NCBI GenBank assembly: GCA_020831525.1
Contig: JAFIGH010000035.1
Coordinates: 1 to 24,000, forward strand
DNA length: 24,000 nt
Source: Opitutales bacterium
GTDB taxonomy: Bacteria > Verrucomicrobiota > Verrucomicrobiia > Opitutales > Oceanipulchritudinaceae
Reading direction: 5' to 3'
This document shows, piece after piece, positions 1-7,864 of the stretch (positions within the stretch are counted from its first letter, which is position 1; each line of letters begins with the position of its first letter). Under the pieces are notes generated by a model. It saw only the letters and a list, made by a program, of their open reading frames with translations. It had not been told where the DNA came from and did not search any database. The position numbers were made by a program, and so were the translations under genes.

Positions 1-11
1 GAAACCGCCGG

Positions 12-42
12 ACCCGGCCGGCGTTACGGATTCCGGGTTTTT
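12..42 (+). terminator. Possible Rho-independent terminator of an off-window upstream plus-strand gene
   Basis: ACCCGG (12-17) pairs with CCGGGT (33-38) and is followed by a T-run to 42. The loop is long (15 nt), so the call is weak. Confidence 0.3.
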
Positions 43-160
43 GGGACAGGCTCTAATTATGTGTTCCGGTTTTCGTCCGCCTCGGCGCTTCCGGGACTGC
101 CACCTAGCGGGCACAAATCGGATTGCGCGTTGCGCTCGATGGCCTGAAGCTCGCGCCTGT

Positions 161-1615
161 ATGAAAGCACTGTCTGCCGTTCGCCTCGTCTGTATTTCTA
201 CCGCGGTTTGCATGATTGCCGTCTCCGCCGGTCCCGCCGCATCGGTCAATGAACGTCTCCGCGAGCGGATCGACACCGACGGGGTCTTCCTCACCATGGT
301 CGACCTCTCGGGAGACATCACGCGAATCGCCGAACTTCTCAACGCCGTCTACTACGATGTCGCCCCGCACTTGCCCGACGTGCCCATCCTGCCGATTCAT
401 CTGCCCGGACTCGCGGCGCAGACTGGGCTCACGCGCCTCGACGGGCTCAGTATGAGTTCGGTTCGCACGGGCGAGCGCCGCTTCCGCAACCGCACTTTTT
501 TCGCCCTCTCGGAAGGCGAACGGGGACTCTTTGATCTCTTGGGCGCGGGGAACGAGCCCTTTAGGATCCTAGAGCACTGCCCGCCCGACCCCGATTACAT
601 CTTCGAGTTCACGCTGCGGCCGGATGTCGTCCTGCGCATTGTCGAGCGCGTCATGGCGGGCACCGTCGGTCCGACTGCGGCGCGTGAGATGCTCGCCGGA
701 CTGGAAGCACCGGTTGTCGACAGCGGCCCCACCGCCCGTGAGTTGATCGAAGTTCTCGCAACGCGCTATTCGGGCGCGGGGACCCTTGATTTCGCCGGAG
801 CGGCGGAAGGCGCACCGAAGTTCGAGGGCTTTGTCGTCGTCCGTGGCGCGGGCGGTCTCCTCTCCAATCCGAGCGGCCCGCTCGGGCTCGGCGATTTGCC
901 GAAGATCGCCGTCAACGGACACGAAGCGGTCGATCTTGCACCACTCGCCGACCTCGGTCCGGAGCAGCGCCTCTACGCCATGGACCGCGGGGGCGATCTT
1001 GTCCTCATGACGGGGACGGAGCAGCTCGCCTACCTGCGCAACCGGCAGCCTACACCGCCGAAGTTTCAGGAAATGCTGGAAGAGCTTCCCGCCAGCGGCA
1101 CCGCCCTGTGGGCGCAGGCGAACCATGACATCGAGTCCCTTCTCCGGGACGAAACCGCCGAACCCGCGGAAAAGGCGATTATGGCTGTCGTACGACGGTT
1201 TCACGGCGAATTCTCCGGTCCCTATGCCTCGGTCACCCGCCACGAGACGGACGGAATTTCGGTGACGACACTCGCACCGATGTCACACAAATCAACGCTC
1301 TTCTCCGTCGTCCTGGCCCCTGTCGGTCTCACCGCCGCCATGGCCATTCCCGCCTTTCAGAAAGTGCGCCAATCCTCGCGGGAAGCCGCGGTTCTCAACA
1401 ACCTGCGCCAGATCGACGCCGCCGGGCAACAGCATCTTCTTGAATACGGTGTCGAATCCGTTGCCTTTGACGACATTGACCCGTCGCTCGGGCTGCACGA
1501 ATCCCTCCGCCCCGTCGCGGGAGAGGATTACAGCCATATCGTAGTTACCGTGGGGCCCGTCACCTACCGCGTGACACTCGCCGACGGCCGCGAAGTCGTC
1601 TACGAGCGGCGCTGA
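161..1615 (+). CDS. Hypothetical secreted or membrane-anchored protein (484 aa) with a C-terminal pilin-like hydrophobic helix
   Basis: In the ORF 41..1615, the ATG at 161 gives a signal-peptide-like N-terminus (MKALSAVRLVCISTAVCMIAVSAGPAAS). Near the C-terminus, STLFSVVLAPVGLTAAMAIPAFQKVRQSSREAAVLNNLRQIDAAGQQ resembles the N-terminal helix of type IV pilin/pseudopilin-like proteins. I recognise no family for the first ~410 aa. Confidence 0.6.
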   Translation: MKALSAVRLVCISTAVCMIAVSAGPAASVNERLRERIDTDGVFLTMVDLSGDITRIAELLNAVYYDVAPHLPDVPILPIHLPGLAAQTGLTRLDGLSMSSVRTGERRFRNRTFFALSEGERGLFDLLGAGNEPFRILEHCPPDPDYIFEFTLRPDVVLRIVERVMAGTVGPTAAREMLAGLEAPVVDSGPTARELIEVLATRYSGAGTLDFAGAAEGAPKFEGFVVVRGAGGLLSNPSGPLGLGDLPKIAVNGHEAVDLAPLADLGPEQRLYAMDRGGDLVLMTGTEQLAYLRNRQPTPPKFQEMLEELPASGTALWAQANHDIESLLRDETAEPAEKAIMAVVRRFHGEFSGPYASVTRHETDGISVTTLAPMSHKSTLFSVVLAPVGLTAAMAIPAFQKVRQSSREAAVLNNLRQIDAAGQQHLLEYGVESVAFDDIDPSLGLHESLRPVAGEDYSHIVVTVGPVTYRVTLADGREVVYERR

Positions 1616-1689
1616 GAGAGGCACATTCCCCTTCATCGGTTGAGCGGTTGCCGTTGACCCTTCATTGTGCGCGGCCAACAGTAACACAC

Positions 1690-2577
1690 ATGGATAATGA
1701 AACCGTAGACGCCTTTCTGCGCAACGGGTATTGGATCGACCGCAAGGTCTTCAACGGGACGGAGTTGGAGCGCCTGCGCGAACTCGCCGCCGACATCCGC
1801 GAGGATACCCGCAGGCACCTATACCCCGGCACCCGCTACTGGTGGGGGGGCAAAGGGGCCGACGCCGTCGAAGAGTCCGACGACCTCCGCCCCATGGCAA
1901 GCTGGGGTGTGAACGAGATCACCCGCCCGGCACTCTTCGAGCCGGAGTTGGTCGACGTCTTCGCCCATCCCCGCGTGAGCGCTGCCCTCCACGCCATCCT
2001 CGGCCCCGAGCCGCGCGCGTGGGGCATCAAAATCCTCTGGACGCCCAAGGTGGTGGGCTACGATCTCGGCTGGCACCGCGACCAGATGAAACAGGATCTC
2101 TACGACTACGCCCACCTCAAACCCGCCGCCCAAGACCACGTGCAGTTCAACGCCGCGCTCAACGACGACGACTGCTTTCTCGTCGTGCCGGGCTCGCACC
2201 GCCGCCCGCTCAACGGCGAAGAGTGGGACGCCCTGAGCCGCAACCCCACCGCTGCGCTCCCCGGCGAAGTCGTTGCCGCCCTCGAACCCGGCGACATCCT
2301 CTACATGGACGCGCATACCCTCCACCGCGGCCGCTCCGCCGTCGAGGGCGACCGCCTCACCCTGCACTACTCCGCGCAGGCGCAATGGGTTCCCCTCAAG
2401 CCGTGGGGCAACGAGACCGACTTCGCCTTCATCACCTCCGACGACTTCATCCAAAGCCTCTCCCCCGACACCCGTCCGCTCTACGAGCGCCTCCGCACCG
2501 CGGCACGCACCGACCGCGCCCTCTCCTTCCTCGAAGAACGCGCCGCCGAAGCCGGCTGGCGCCCGCCGGAAAATTGA
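1690..2577 (+). CDS. Phytanoyl-CoA dioxygenase (PhyH) family Fe(II)/2-oxoglutarate-dependent oxygenase
   Basis: Contains GWHRDQ (HxD facial-triad motif), VVPGSHRR and a distal HTLHRG, with a PhyH-like N-terminus (FLRNGYWIDRKVF). The ATG at 1690 is preferred over the TTG at 1648. Confidence 0.8.
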   Translation: MDNETVDAFLRNGYWIDRKVFNGTELERLRELAADIREDTRRHLYPGTRYWWGGKGADAVEESDDLRPMASWGVNEITRPALFEPELVDVFAHPRVSAALHAILGPEPRAWGIKILWTPKVVGYDLGWHRDQMKQDLYDYAHLKPAAQDHVQFNAALNDDDCFLVVPGSHRRPLNGEEWDALSRNPTAALPGEVVAALEPGDILYMDAHTLHRGRSAVEGDRLTLHYSAQAQWVPLKPWGNETDFAFITSDDFIQSLSPDTRPLYERLRTAARTDRALSFLEERAAEAGWRPPEN

Positions 2578-2671
2578 AGCGCCGCCGCAGGCGGGGACTC
2601 CGGCTGTTTTTGCGCCACTTTTTGCTTGCAGCGACCCCCGTCCATCCATGCCATCTCCGTTTCTCTTTCAC

Positions 2672-2748
2672 GGGGGATTAGCTCAGTTGGTTAGAGCGCA
2701 TGCATGACACGCATGAGGTCACTGGTTCAACTCCAGTATCTCCCACCA
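2672..2748 (+). tRNA. tRNA-Val (anticodon GAC), with encoded CCA
   Basis: Hand-folded cloverleaf. Acceptor GGGGGAT/ATCTCCC, D-arm GCTC-AGTTGGTTA-GAGC, anticodon stem CATGC/GCATG. The anticodon loop is ATGACAC, with anticodon GAC at 2706-2708. T-arm ACTGG-TTCAACT-CCAGT, then discriminator A and CCA. Confidence 0.93.
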
Positions 2749-2758
2749 CTTTCCCCGG

Positions 2759-2793
2759 AGCCCGTAGCCATCAGGATTTTACGGGCTTTTTCT
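2759..2793 (+). terminator. Rho-independent terminator after tRNA-Val
   Basis: AGCCCGTA (2759-2766) pairs with TACGGGCT (2780-2787), with a 13-nt loop, followed by TTTTCT. Confidence 0.6.
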
Positions 2794-2889
2794 TCTACTG
2801 AATCCGATGACTCCCGGATTTCAGGAAACGGGCTCCTGACGCCGCCAGCGAATCCGAGGGGCGGCACCGGGACCGCTTCCGGATGGGTA

Positions 2890-3273
2890 CTAACGCCGCA
2901 ATTCCTTGATCAACGTCTTATCAAAGGTCTCCAACGCCAGACCCACCGCATTTGCGGCGGAGAGAATCAGGTAGTCCGCAAAATCCGCCTTTCCGGCCGC
3001 AAATTGCCGAAGGCACCGCCGCAGTCTTTGTGAATCGTCAAAGCTGAACGCCGAATCTTCCAGCAATTCGTCGAAGACGTGCGCCAAAGCCGCGCGATCA
3101 AACCCATAGACGGACTCCAAAACCCATGCTGTTTCCAAAAGGACCAGATCCAGAACGCGGATATTCCTTCCCGCGGCCGCCTCACGCGTGATCAGGCGAG
3201 TCACTTTGCCGCATTGCCTTGGATCATCTTGCACGATGTGCCGGACAAGATGATTGGTGTCGAAAGCGATCAT
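2890..3273 (-). CDS. vapC: PIN-domain ribonuclease toxin VapC
   Basis: 127 aa. N-terminal MIAFDTNHLV carries the PIN Asp. LLETAWVLE and ADFADYLI supply the further acidic residues. It overlaps the upstream antitoxin gene by 4 nt (ATGA). Confidence 0.85.
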   Translation of the reverse strand: MIAFDTNHLVRHIVQDDPRQCGKVTRLITREAAAGRNIRVLDLVLLETAWVLESVYGFDRAALAHVFDELLEDSAFSFDDSQRLRRCLRQFAAGKADFADYLILSAANAVGLALETFDKTLIKELRR

Positions 3274-3551
3274 CCGCCGGAGGTCCTCGAGACGCTGAAT
3301 CTCCTGCCAACGGCTTCGCGAATCCCTTCATTCATTGCCTCCACGGTAACGAAGCTTCGGGAAGGGGAGATAAACTGTTTTCCGCAGCCTGCGGAGGAGC
3401 CGGGACTCTTCTTTTTCACGAGAGAAACCCGGTCGGCGGCATCCAAGGTAAACTCAAGCCGGTCACCGCTTTTGATGCCCAACTTTGACCGAAGAGGCTT
3501 CGGGAGCGTAACCTGGCCTTTGGAGGTGACTTTCGCCTGAAGAGTGCGCAT
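3270..3551 (-). CDS. vapB: AbrB/SpoVT/MazE-family antitoxin VapB
   Basis: 93 aa. AKVTSKGQVTLPKPLRSKLGIKSGDRLEF is a typical swapped-hairpin SpoVT/AbrB DNA-binding motif. The gene is translationally coupled to vapC. Confidence 0.85.
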   Translation of the reverse strand: MRTLQAKVTSKGQVTLPKPLRSKLGIKSGDRLEFTLDAADRVSLVKKKSPGSSAGCGKQFISPSRSFVTVEAMNEGIREAVGRRFSVSRTSGG

Positions 3552-3720
3552 TCCTTACAAATGGCATGATTCCGTAGGAAATCAAGGCGAATCGTTTGCC
3601 CTTTTAGGTGGCTTCGGCCAATGCGGGCGCACTACGTCCACTCCGGTTCGACACCATCCGCTGTCGCCAACTCCGTGCCGCTCTGCGCACGCCTCGGCAC
3701 CGCCCCGCGCGACCGCCGGC

Positions 3721-4554
3721 TCAGCCCCGTGCAAGGACGGCACGGGAGACGCGGACGCGGTTGTTCGCCTCACGCTCCTGCGTGGCGTTCCACTCGTAGA
3801 AGGCGACGCCCATGTATGCGAGGGAGACGACCATGTTGGCGACCTTCATGAGGAGTCCGCCGAGGACCTGGTCCTGGAGCGGATCGAAGCCGGGGATGAC
3901 GCGCGGCGCGAACTCGTAGGTCGGGTAGAGAACTTCGGGCGAAAACGTGAGAATGCCGAAGAGAGGGATCTGCGCGACCATGAGAACAAAAAGGTAGAGC
4001 ACGCGTACGCCGGGATTGCTGCGGCGGATAATATTGGAGGGGCTGAGGATCGGCCAAAACATCATGACCGAGGTCACAAACATCGTGATATGCTCAAAGG
4101 CATGGATGGCCTTGTTGTGGAGCGCGGCCTCGTAGAGCGCGGGGAAGTGCCACACACAGAAGACGAAAGTGAAGGCAAAGCCCGCGATGAGCGGGTGCAG
4201 CGTGAAGCGCGTGAGCGCCACGAGCCACGGCGGTGAGCGCTCGAGCAGACCGTCGAAGAGCCACCCGGGGATGCCCCGTATGAGCAGCGGCGCACTCGTG
4301 TACATGAGCAGGTTGTGCTGGAACATGTGCGCGCTGAAGAGGTAGTTCTCGCCGAGCGCGTCGATCGGCGACCCCACCGCGATATAGAAGATAACAACGG
4401 ACGCTCCGAAGAACCACGCCTCCTTCTTCGGAAACAGCGCGTACGGGGCGATCCACTCGCGGAGCGGTCCGACCAGCATGGCATAGACCCACACAACGGC
4501 GAGGATTCCGCCGATGAGAAGGGGTTCGGTGTGCCAATGCCAGATGCTGATCAT
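3721..4554 (-). CDS. ctaG: Cytochrome c oxidase assembly factor CtaG (Bacillus caa3-type, polytopic membrane protein)
   Basis: 277 aa and multi-TM. Contains SAHMFQHNLLM and HAFEHITMF motifs of the Caa3_CtaG family. It is the last gene of the cta cluster. Confidence 0.85.
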   Translation of the reverse strand: MISIWHWHTEPLLIGGILAVVWVYAMLVGPLREWIAPYALFPKKEAWFFGASVVIFYIAVGSPIDALGENYLFSAHMFQHNLLMYTSAPLLIRGIPGWLFDGLLERSPPWLVALTRFTLHPLIAGFAFTFVFCVWHFPALYEAALHNKAIHAFEHITMFVTSVMMFWPILSPSNIIRRSNPGVRVLYLFVLMVAQIPLFGILTFSPEVLYPTYEFAPRVIPGFDPLQDQVLGGLLMKVANMVVSLAYMGVAFYEWNATQEREANNRVRVSRAVLARG

Positions 4555-4597
4555 CGCAAATACGGAGGGAGTACCAAAGCCGCAGTGACCGCATCAA

Positions 4598-4682
4598 CGT
4601 AGCGTGAAGCTTCAGCGAGCGTGCGCAGAGACTGCGCGCAACGCCTTCCAGCCGCCGTGCCCCGCTGAAGCTTCAGCCTACG
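4598..4682. repeat. Inverted pair of GTAG-headed palindromic repeats (REP/BIME-like) with a central hairpin
   Basis: The plus-strand copy is 4598-4617 cGTAGCGTGAAGCTTCAGCG. The minus-strand copy, read 4682-4663, is cGTAGGCTGAAGCTTCAGCG (18/20 identical). A perfect 14-bp palindrome GCTGAAGCTTCAGC lies at 4664-4677. The spacer has a hairpin at 4621-4639 (8-bp stem including one G-T pair, 3-nt loop). Confidence 0.55.
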
Positions 4683-4696
4683 CATGAATACGTGCC

Positions 4697-5080
4697 TCAC
4701 CACAGAAAGGGCGGCAGAAGGGTCATGATCTCCGGCGGGCCGTCGGGATCACGGCTGAAGAGGAGCATCAGCGCCGTCACCGTGCCGGTGGCTAGAATGA
4801 GCCCGATGAGAAAAACAATCGTGCACAACGCCCGGTCCCACCGCAAGTGCATGAACCACCAGATGACGCCGAGAAACTTGACGGTCGAGAGCACGACCAA
4901 CGATGAAAAGACAAACCACTTGTTGATCGGCACATAGATAATCACCAGTTCAATCCCCGTAATCGCGATCAGGGCGATGGAGAGATTGAAGAACGTGAAG
5001 TATTTTTTGTGCTCCTCGATAATGTAATCGGGAACATCGGACTTCTGCTGCGTATCGGCCATGTCGCGGGTCGTAGCCAT
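4697..5080 (-). CDS. ctaF: Cytochrome c oxidase subunit IV (CtaF/CyoD-like)
   Basis: 127 aa with three predicted TM helices. Contains a WWFMHLRWD (FMHL) motif typical of prokaryotic COX4. It sits immediately downstream of subunit III. Confidence 0.75.
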   Translation of the reverse strand: MATTRDMADTQQKSDVPDYIIEEHKKYFTFFNLSIALIAITGIELVIIYVPINKWFVFSSLVVLSTVKFLGVIWWFMHLRWDRALCTIVFLIGLILATGTVTALMLLFSRDPDGPPEIMTLLPPFLW

Positions 5081-5107
5081 TTCGTGGGTTATGTATTCGG
5101 TCGGTCG

Positions 5108-5827
5108 TTAAAATCCGAGGATCGGAAGGTATTCGACAAGGTAGACTGCGGTAAAGATGACGATCCACACAATATCGACAAAGTGCCAGTAGAGACCCGC
5201 CACCTCGACATCGAGGGCGTTCTCGTGCTTGTAGCGGCCCACCATCGGTGCGAAAATCACACGGATCGGCAGCCAGAGGAAGCGCCCGCCCCGGAGGGTG
5301 TACCACGCCCAGTCTTTGGGTAGGGAGCACGCCGTCCAGCAGGAGAGCCAAAGCACTCCGAGCGCGACGTGGACACCGTGTGTGCCGGTGAGGACATAGA
5401 AGGTCGAGCCGAAGACACTGCTGCTGAGCGTCAGTCCAGCGTCCTTGACGAAGTGATTGAACTCATACACCTGGCCGCTGAGGAAGATGAGGCCGAAGAA
5501 GATCGTTCCGAGGAGGAAACGGCGCATCCCTGCGATGTTCCCCTTGTGCGCGGCGGAGACGGACAACGCCATGAGAAGGGAACTCATGAGGAGAATAAAC
5601 GAGCTGAAGCCCGTCAGCTCGATATCGAAGAACTCCGTCGGCTCGACGACCGTGGGGTACACCTTCCGATAGATCAGGTGCGTGGAGATGAGCGTGCCGA
5701 AAAACATGCAGTCGGACGCAAGGAAGGCCCACATGGCGAGCTTCTTGTTTTCAATGCCCGTGGACGTCTTCTTGAGCGGTTCAAGCGCGGCGTGCGGGTC
5801 GTCGGTGTTGGCTGCGTGGGAACTCAT
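5108..5827 (-). CDS. ctaE: Cytochrome c oxidase subunit III
   Basis: Contains FYVLTGTHGVHVALG and YWHFVDIVWI motifs. The ATG at 5827 is preferred. The ORF's TTG at 5872 would abut the ctaD stop and is an alternative start. Confidence 0.9.
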   Translation of the reverse strand: MSSHAANTDDPHAALEPLKKTSTGIENKKLAMWAFLASDCMFFGTLISTHLIYRKVYPTVVEPTEFFDIELTGFSSFILLMSSLLMALSVSAAHKGNIAGMRRFLLGTIFFGLIFLSGQVYEFNHFVKDAGLTLSSSVFGSTFYVLTGTHGVHVALGVLWLSCWTACSLPKDWAWYTLRGGRFLWLPIRVIFAPMVGRYKHENALDVEVAGLYWHFVDIVWIVIFTAVYLVEYLPILGF

Positions 5828-5872
5828 AATGAGGCAATTCCGGTTATTCGCTTTGGTGTCGGCGGGCGGCAA

Positions 5873-7846
5873 TCAATGATGGCCGTGGCCGTCCTCCGGC
5901 GCGGGTGTGGCGTCGGCGTATTCCGCCGGGTCAGGATGGAGATGGAACCCGCCCGGCCCCTCGAGCGCCCACGCGACCATGCCGACAAAGGTTGCGACCA
6001 GGCCGAAGATGACGATCTCCAGACCAAAGACGGCCTCCGCCGTGAGCGGAATAGGCTGTTTGTGGAAGACCATGCCAAGGCAGGCGATGAAAAGACCGAT
6101 GGACGTGATGAGGGGCCACCAAGACTGGTCCGGCATATGGATCCCGTGCTTGCCGGGGGCGATCTTCTCCATGCGCTTCGCCTCGACACCGTATTTGTCC
6201 TCCCATACCTGGTCGCGGGCATGGATGACGGGCGTGTAAGCGAAGTTATATTCCTTCGGCGGGCTGTCGGTATCCCACTCCAACGTACGTGAATCCCACG
6301 GGTCCTTCGGCGACTTTCTGCCCTTGTAGTAAGCATAGACAATCTGGATGACAAAAATCAGAATGCCGACACCGAGGATGAAGGCACCGATCGTCGACCA
6401 GAAGTTCGACTGGTCCCAGCCCATCTCCGATTTATAGGTGTGCGTGCGGCGGGGCATGCCTGTCATCCCGAGAATGTGCATGGGGAAGAAGGCGAGGTTA
6501 AAGCCGACAAACATAAGATAGAAGACGATTTTGCCGACGAAGTCGTCCATGAGACGGCCGGTGACCTTCGGGAACCAGTAATACATCCCCGCGAAGAGAG
6601 CGAAGATCGACCCGCCGATGAGGACGTAGTGGAAGTGGGCGACAACGAAATACGTGTCCTGCTGCTGGGCGTCGACGGGCGGCGAACTGTGCATGATGCC
6701 CGTGAAACCGCCCATCATGAACATCCAGATGAAGCCCACGGAAAACAACATAGGCGTTGTGAAGCGGATGCGTCCGCCCCACATCGTGCCAATCCAGTTG
6801 AAGATTTTCACGCCCGTGGGAATGGCGATGAGCATGGTGAGGAAGGCGAAGGCTGTCGTCGCGACGACGCCGAGGCCCGTCGTAAACATGTGGTGACTCC
6901 ACACGGCGAAGCCGAGGAAGCCGATGACCGCGCCGGAGAAAACGATGAGCGGGTAGCCGAAGAGCGGTTTGCGCGAGAAGACGGGCAGGATCTCCGAAAT
7001 AATCCCCATGGCCGGCAGGATGAGGATGTAGACCTCGGGATGGCCGAAAATCCAGAAGAGGTGCTGCCAGAGGATCGGTTTGCCCCCGCCTTCGACATTG
7101 AAAAAGTAGGTGCCGAAGTGCCGGTCGAACATCAACTCAACAAGCGCGATGGTGATGGCCGGAAAGGCGAGGATGATGAGGAATGACGTGATGAGTGTCA
7201 TCCAGGTGAAGAGCGGCAAGCGCATCATGCTCAGACCCGGCGCACGCATATTCACGATCGTCGTGATAAAGTTGAAGGCCCCGACAAGCGAGGCGATACC
7301 GAGAATCTGCAGACCCATGATCCAGAAATCCGTCCCCATGTCGGGGCTGTACTGGCGGTCGGTGAGCGGAGCGTAGGCAAACCATCCGATGGCAGGCGCC
7401 CCTCCCGGAAAGAACCAGCTCAAGTTGAGCAACACTCCGCCAAGGAGAAAGCACCAAAGCCCGAGCGCGTTCATTCGCGGGAAGGCGACATCGCGCGCCC
7501 CGATCTGCAGGGGCATAATGTAGTTAAAGAAGGCAGCGCTGAGCGGCATTACGGCGAGGAAGATCATCGTCGTGCCGTGCATCGTGAAGAGCTGATTGTA
7601 GGTGCGCGCCGAGATCAGTTCCTGTTCCGGATACATGAGCTGCGCCCGGATGATGAGAGCCTCGACACCGCCGAGAAGCAAAAAGAAGAGTGCGCCGAGG
7701 GCATACCCGATGCCGATCTTCTTGTGGTCGACTGTCGTGAGAAAGCCGACGAGTCCTGTGTTCTTGAGCGGGCGCCGCCAGATTCCGTCGCGGACGGGTT
7801 CAGCGGGCGCGGGGGCGTGGTGTTCGGTTTCAACCGTGCTGGCCAT
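5873..7846 (-). CDS. ctaD: Cytochrome c oxidase subunit I (heme-copper oxidase catalytic subunit), 657 aa with a two-TM C-terminal extension
   Basis: Contains WIFGHPEVYILILP (CuB His and cross-linked Tyr), WSHHMFTTG and VAHFHYVL (heme ligands). Two extra C-terminal helices are present, and the protein ends EDGHGHH. Confidence 0.97.
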   Translation of the reverse strand: MASTVETEHHAPAPAEPVRDGIWRRPLKNTGLVGFLTTVDHKKIGIGYALGALFFLLLGGVEALIIRAQLMYPEQELISARTYNQLFTMHGTTMIFLAVMPLSAAFFNYIMPLQIGARDVAFPRMNALGLWCFLLGGVLLNLSWFFPGGAPAIGWFAYAPLTDRQYSPDMGTDFWIMGLQILGIASLVGAFNFITTIVNMRAPGLSMMRLPLFTWMTLITSFLIILAFPAITIALVELMFDRHFGTYFFNVEGGGKPILWQHLFWIFGHPEVYILILPAMGIISEILPVFSRKPLFGYPLIVFSGAVIGFLGFAVWSHHMFTTGLGVVATTAFAFLTMLIAIPTGVKIFNWIGTMWGGRIRFTTPMLFSVGFIWMFMMGGFTGIMHSSPPVDAQQQDTYFVVAHFHYVLIGGSIFALFAGMYYWFPKVTGRLMDDFVGKIVFYLMFVGFNLAFFPMHILGMTGMPRRTHTYKSEMGWDQSNFWSTIGAFILGVGILIFVIQIVYAYYKGRKSPKDPWDSRTLEWDTDSPPKEYNFAYTPVIHARDQVWEDKYGVEAKRMEKIAPGKHGIHMPDQSWWPLITSIGLFIACLGMVFHKQPIPLTAEAVFGLEIVIFGLVATFVGMVAWALEGPGGFHLHPDPAEYADATPAPEDGHGHH

Positions 7847-7864
7847 GGTCGGAGAAAATCGGGT

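Noticed and set aside
41-160. N-terminal 40 codons of ORF 41..1615
   Set aside because: The segment is Arg/Cys-rich and unlike a real N-terminus. The ATG at 161 gives a proper signal peptide.
1731-2681. 316-aa Arg/Pro-rich ORF overlapping the PhyH gene in another frame
   Set aside because: Its composition is extremely biased towards R, P, G and A, and it has no recognisable motifs. This is typical of shadow ORFs in high-G+C DNA. The PhyH frame has clear family motifs.
3636-3665. Possible degenerate copy of the tRNA-Val 3' end (ggttcgacacc against ggttcaactcc) as an attR for the vapBC islet
   Set aside because: Only about 9/11 positions match in the core, flanking agreement is poor, and the segment does not fold as a T-arm. 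It cannot be told apart from chance without a proper alignment.
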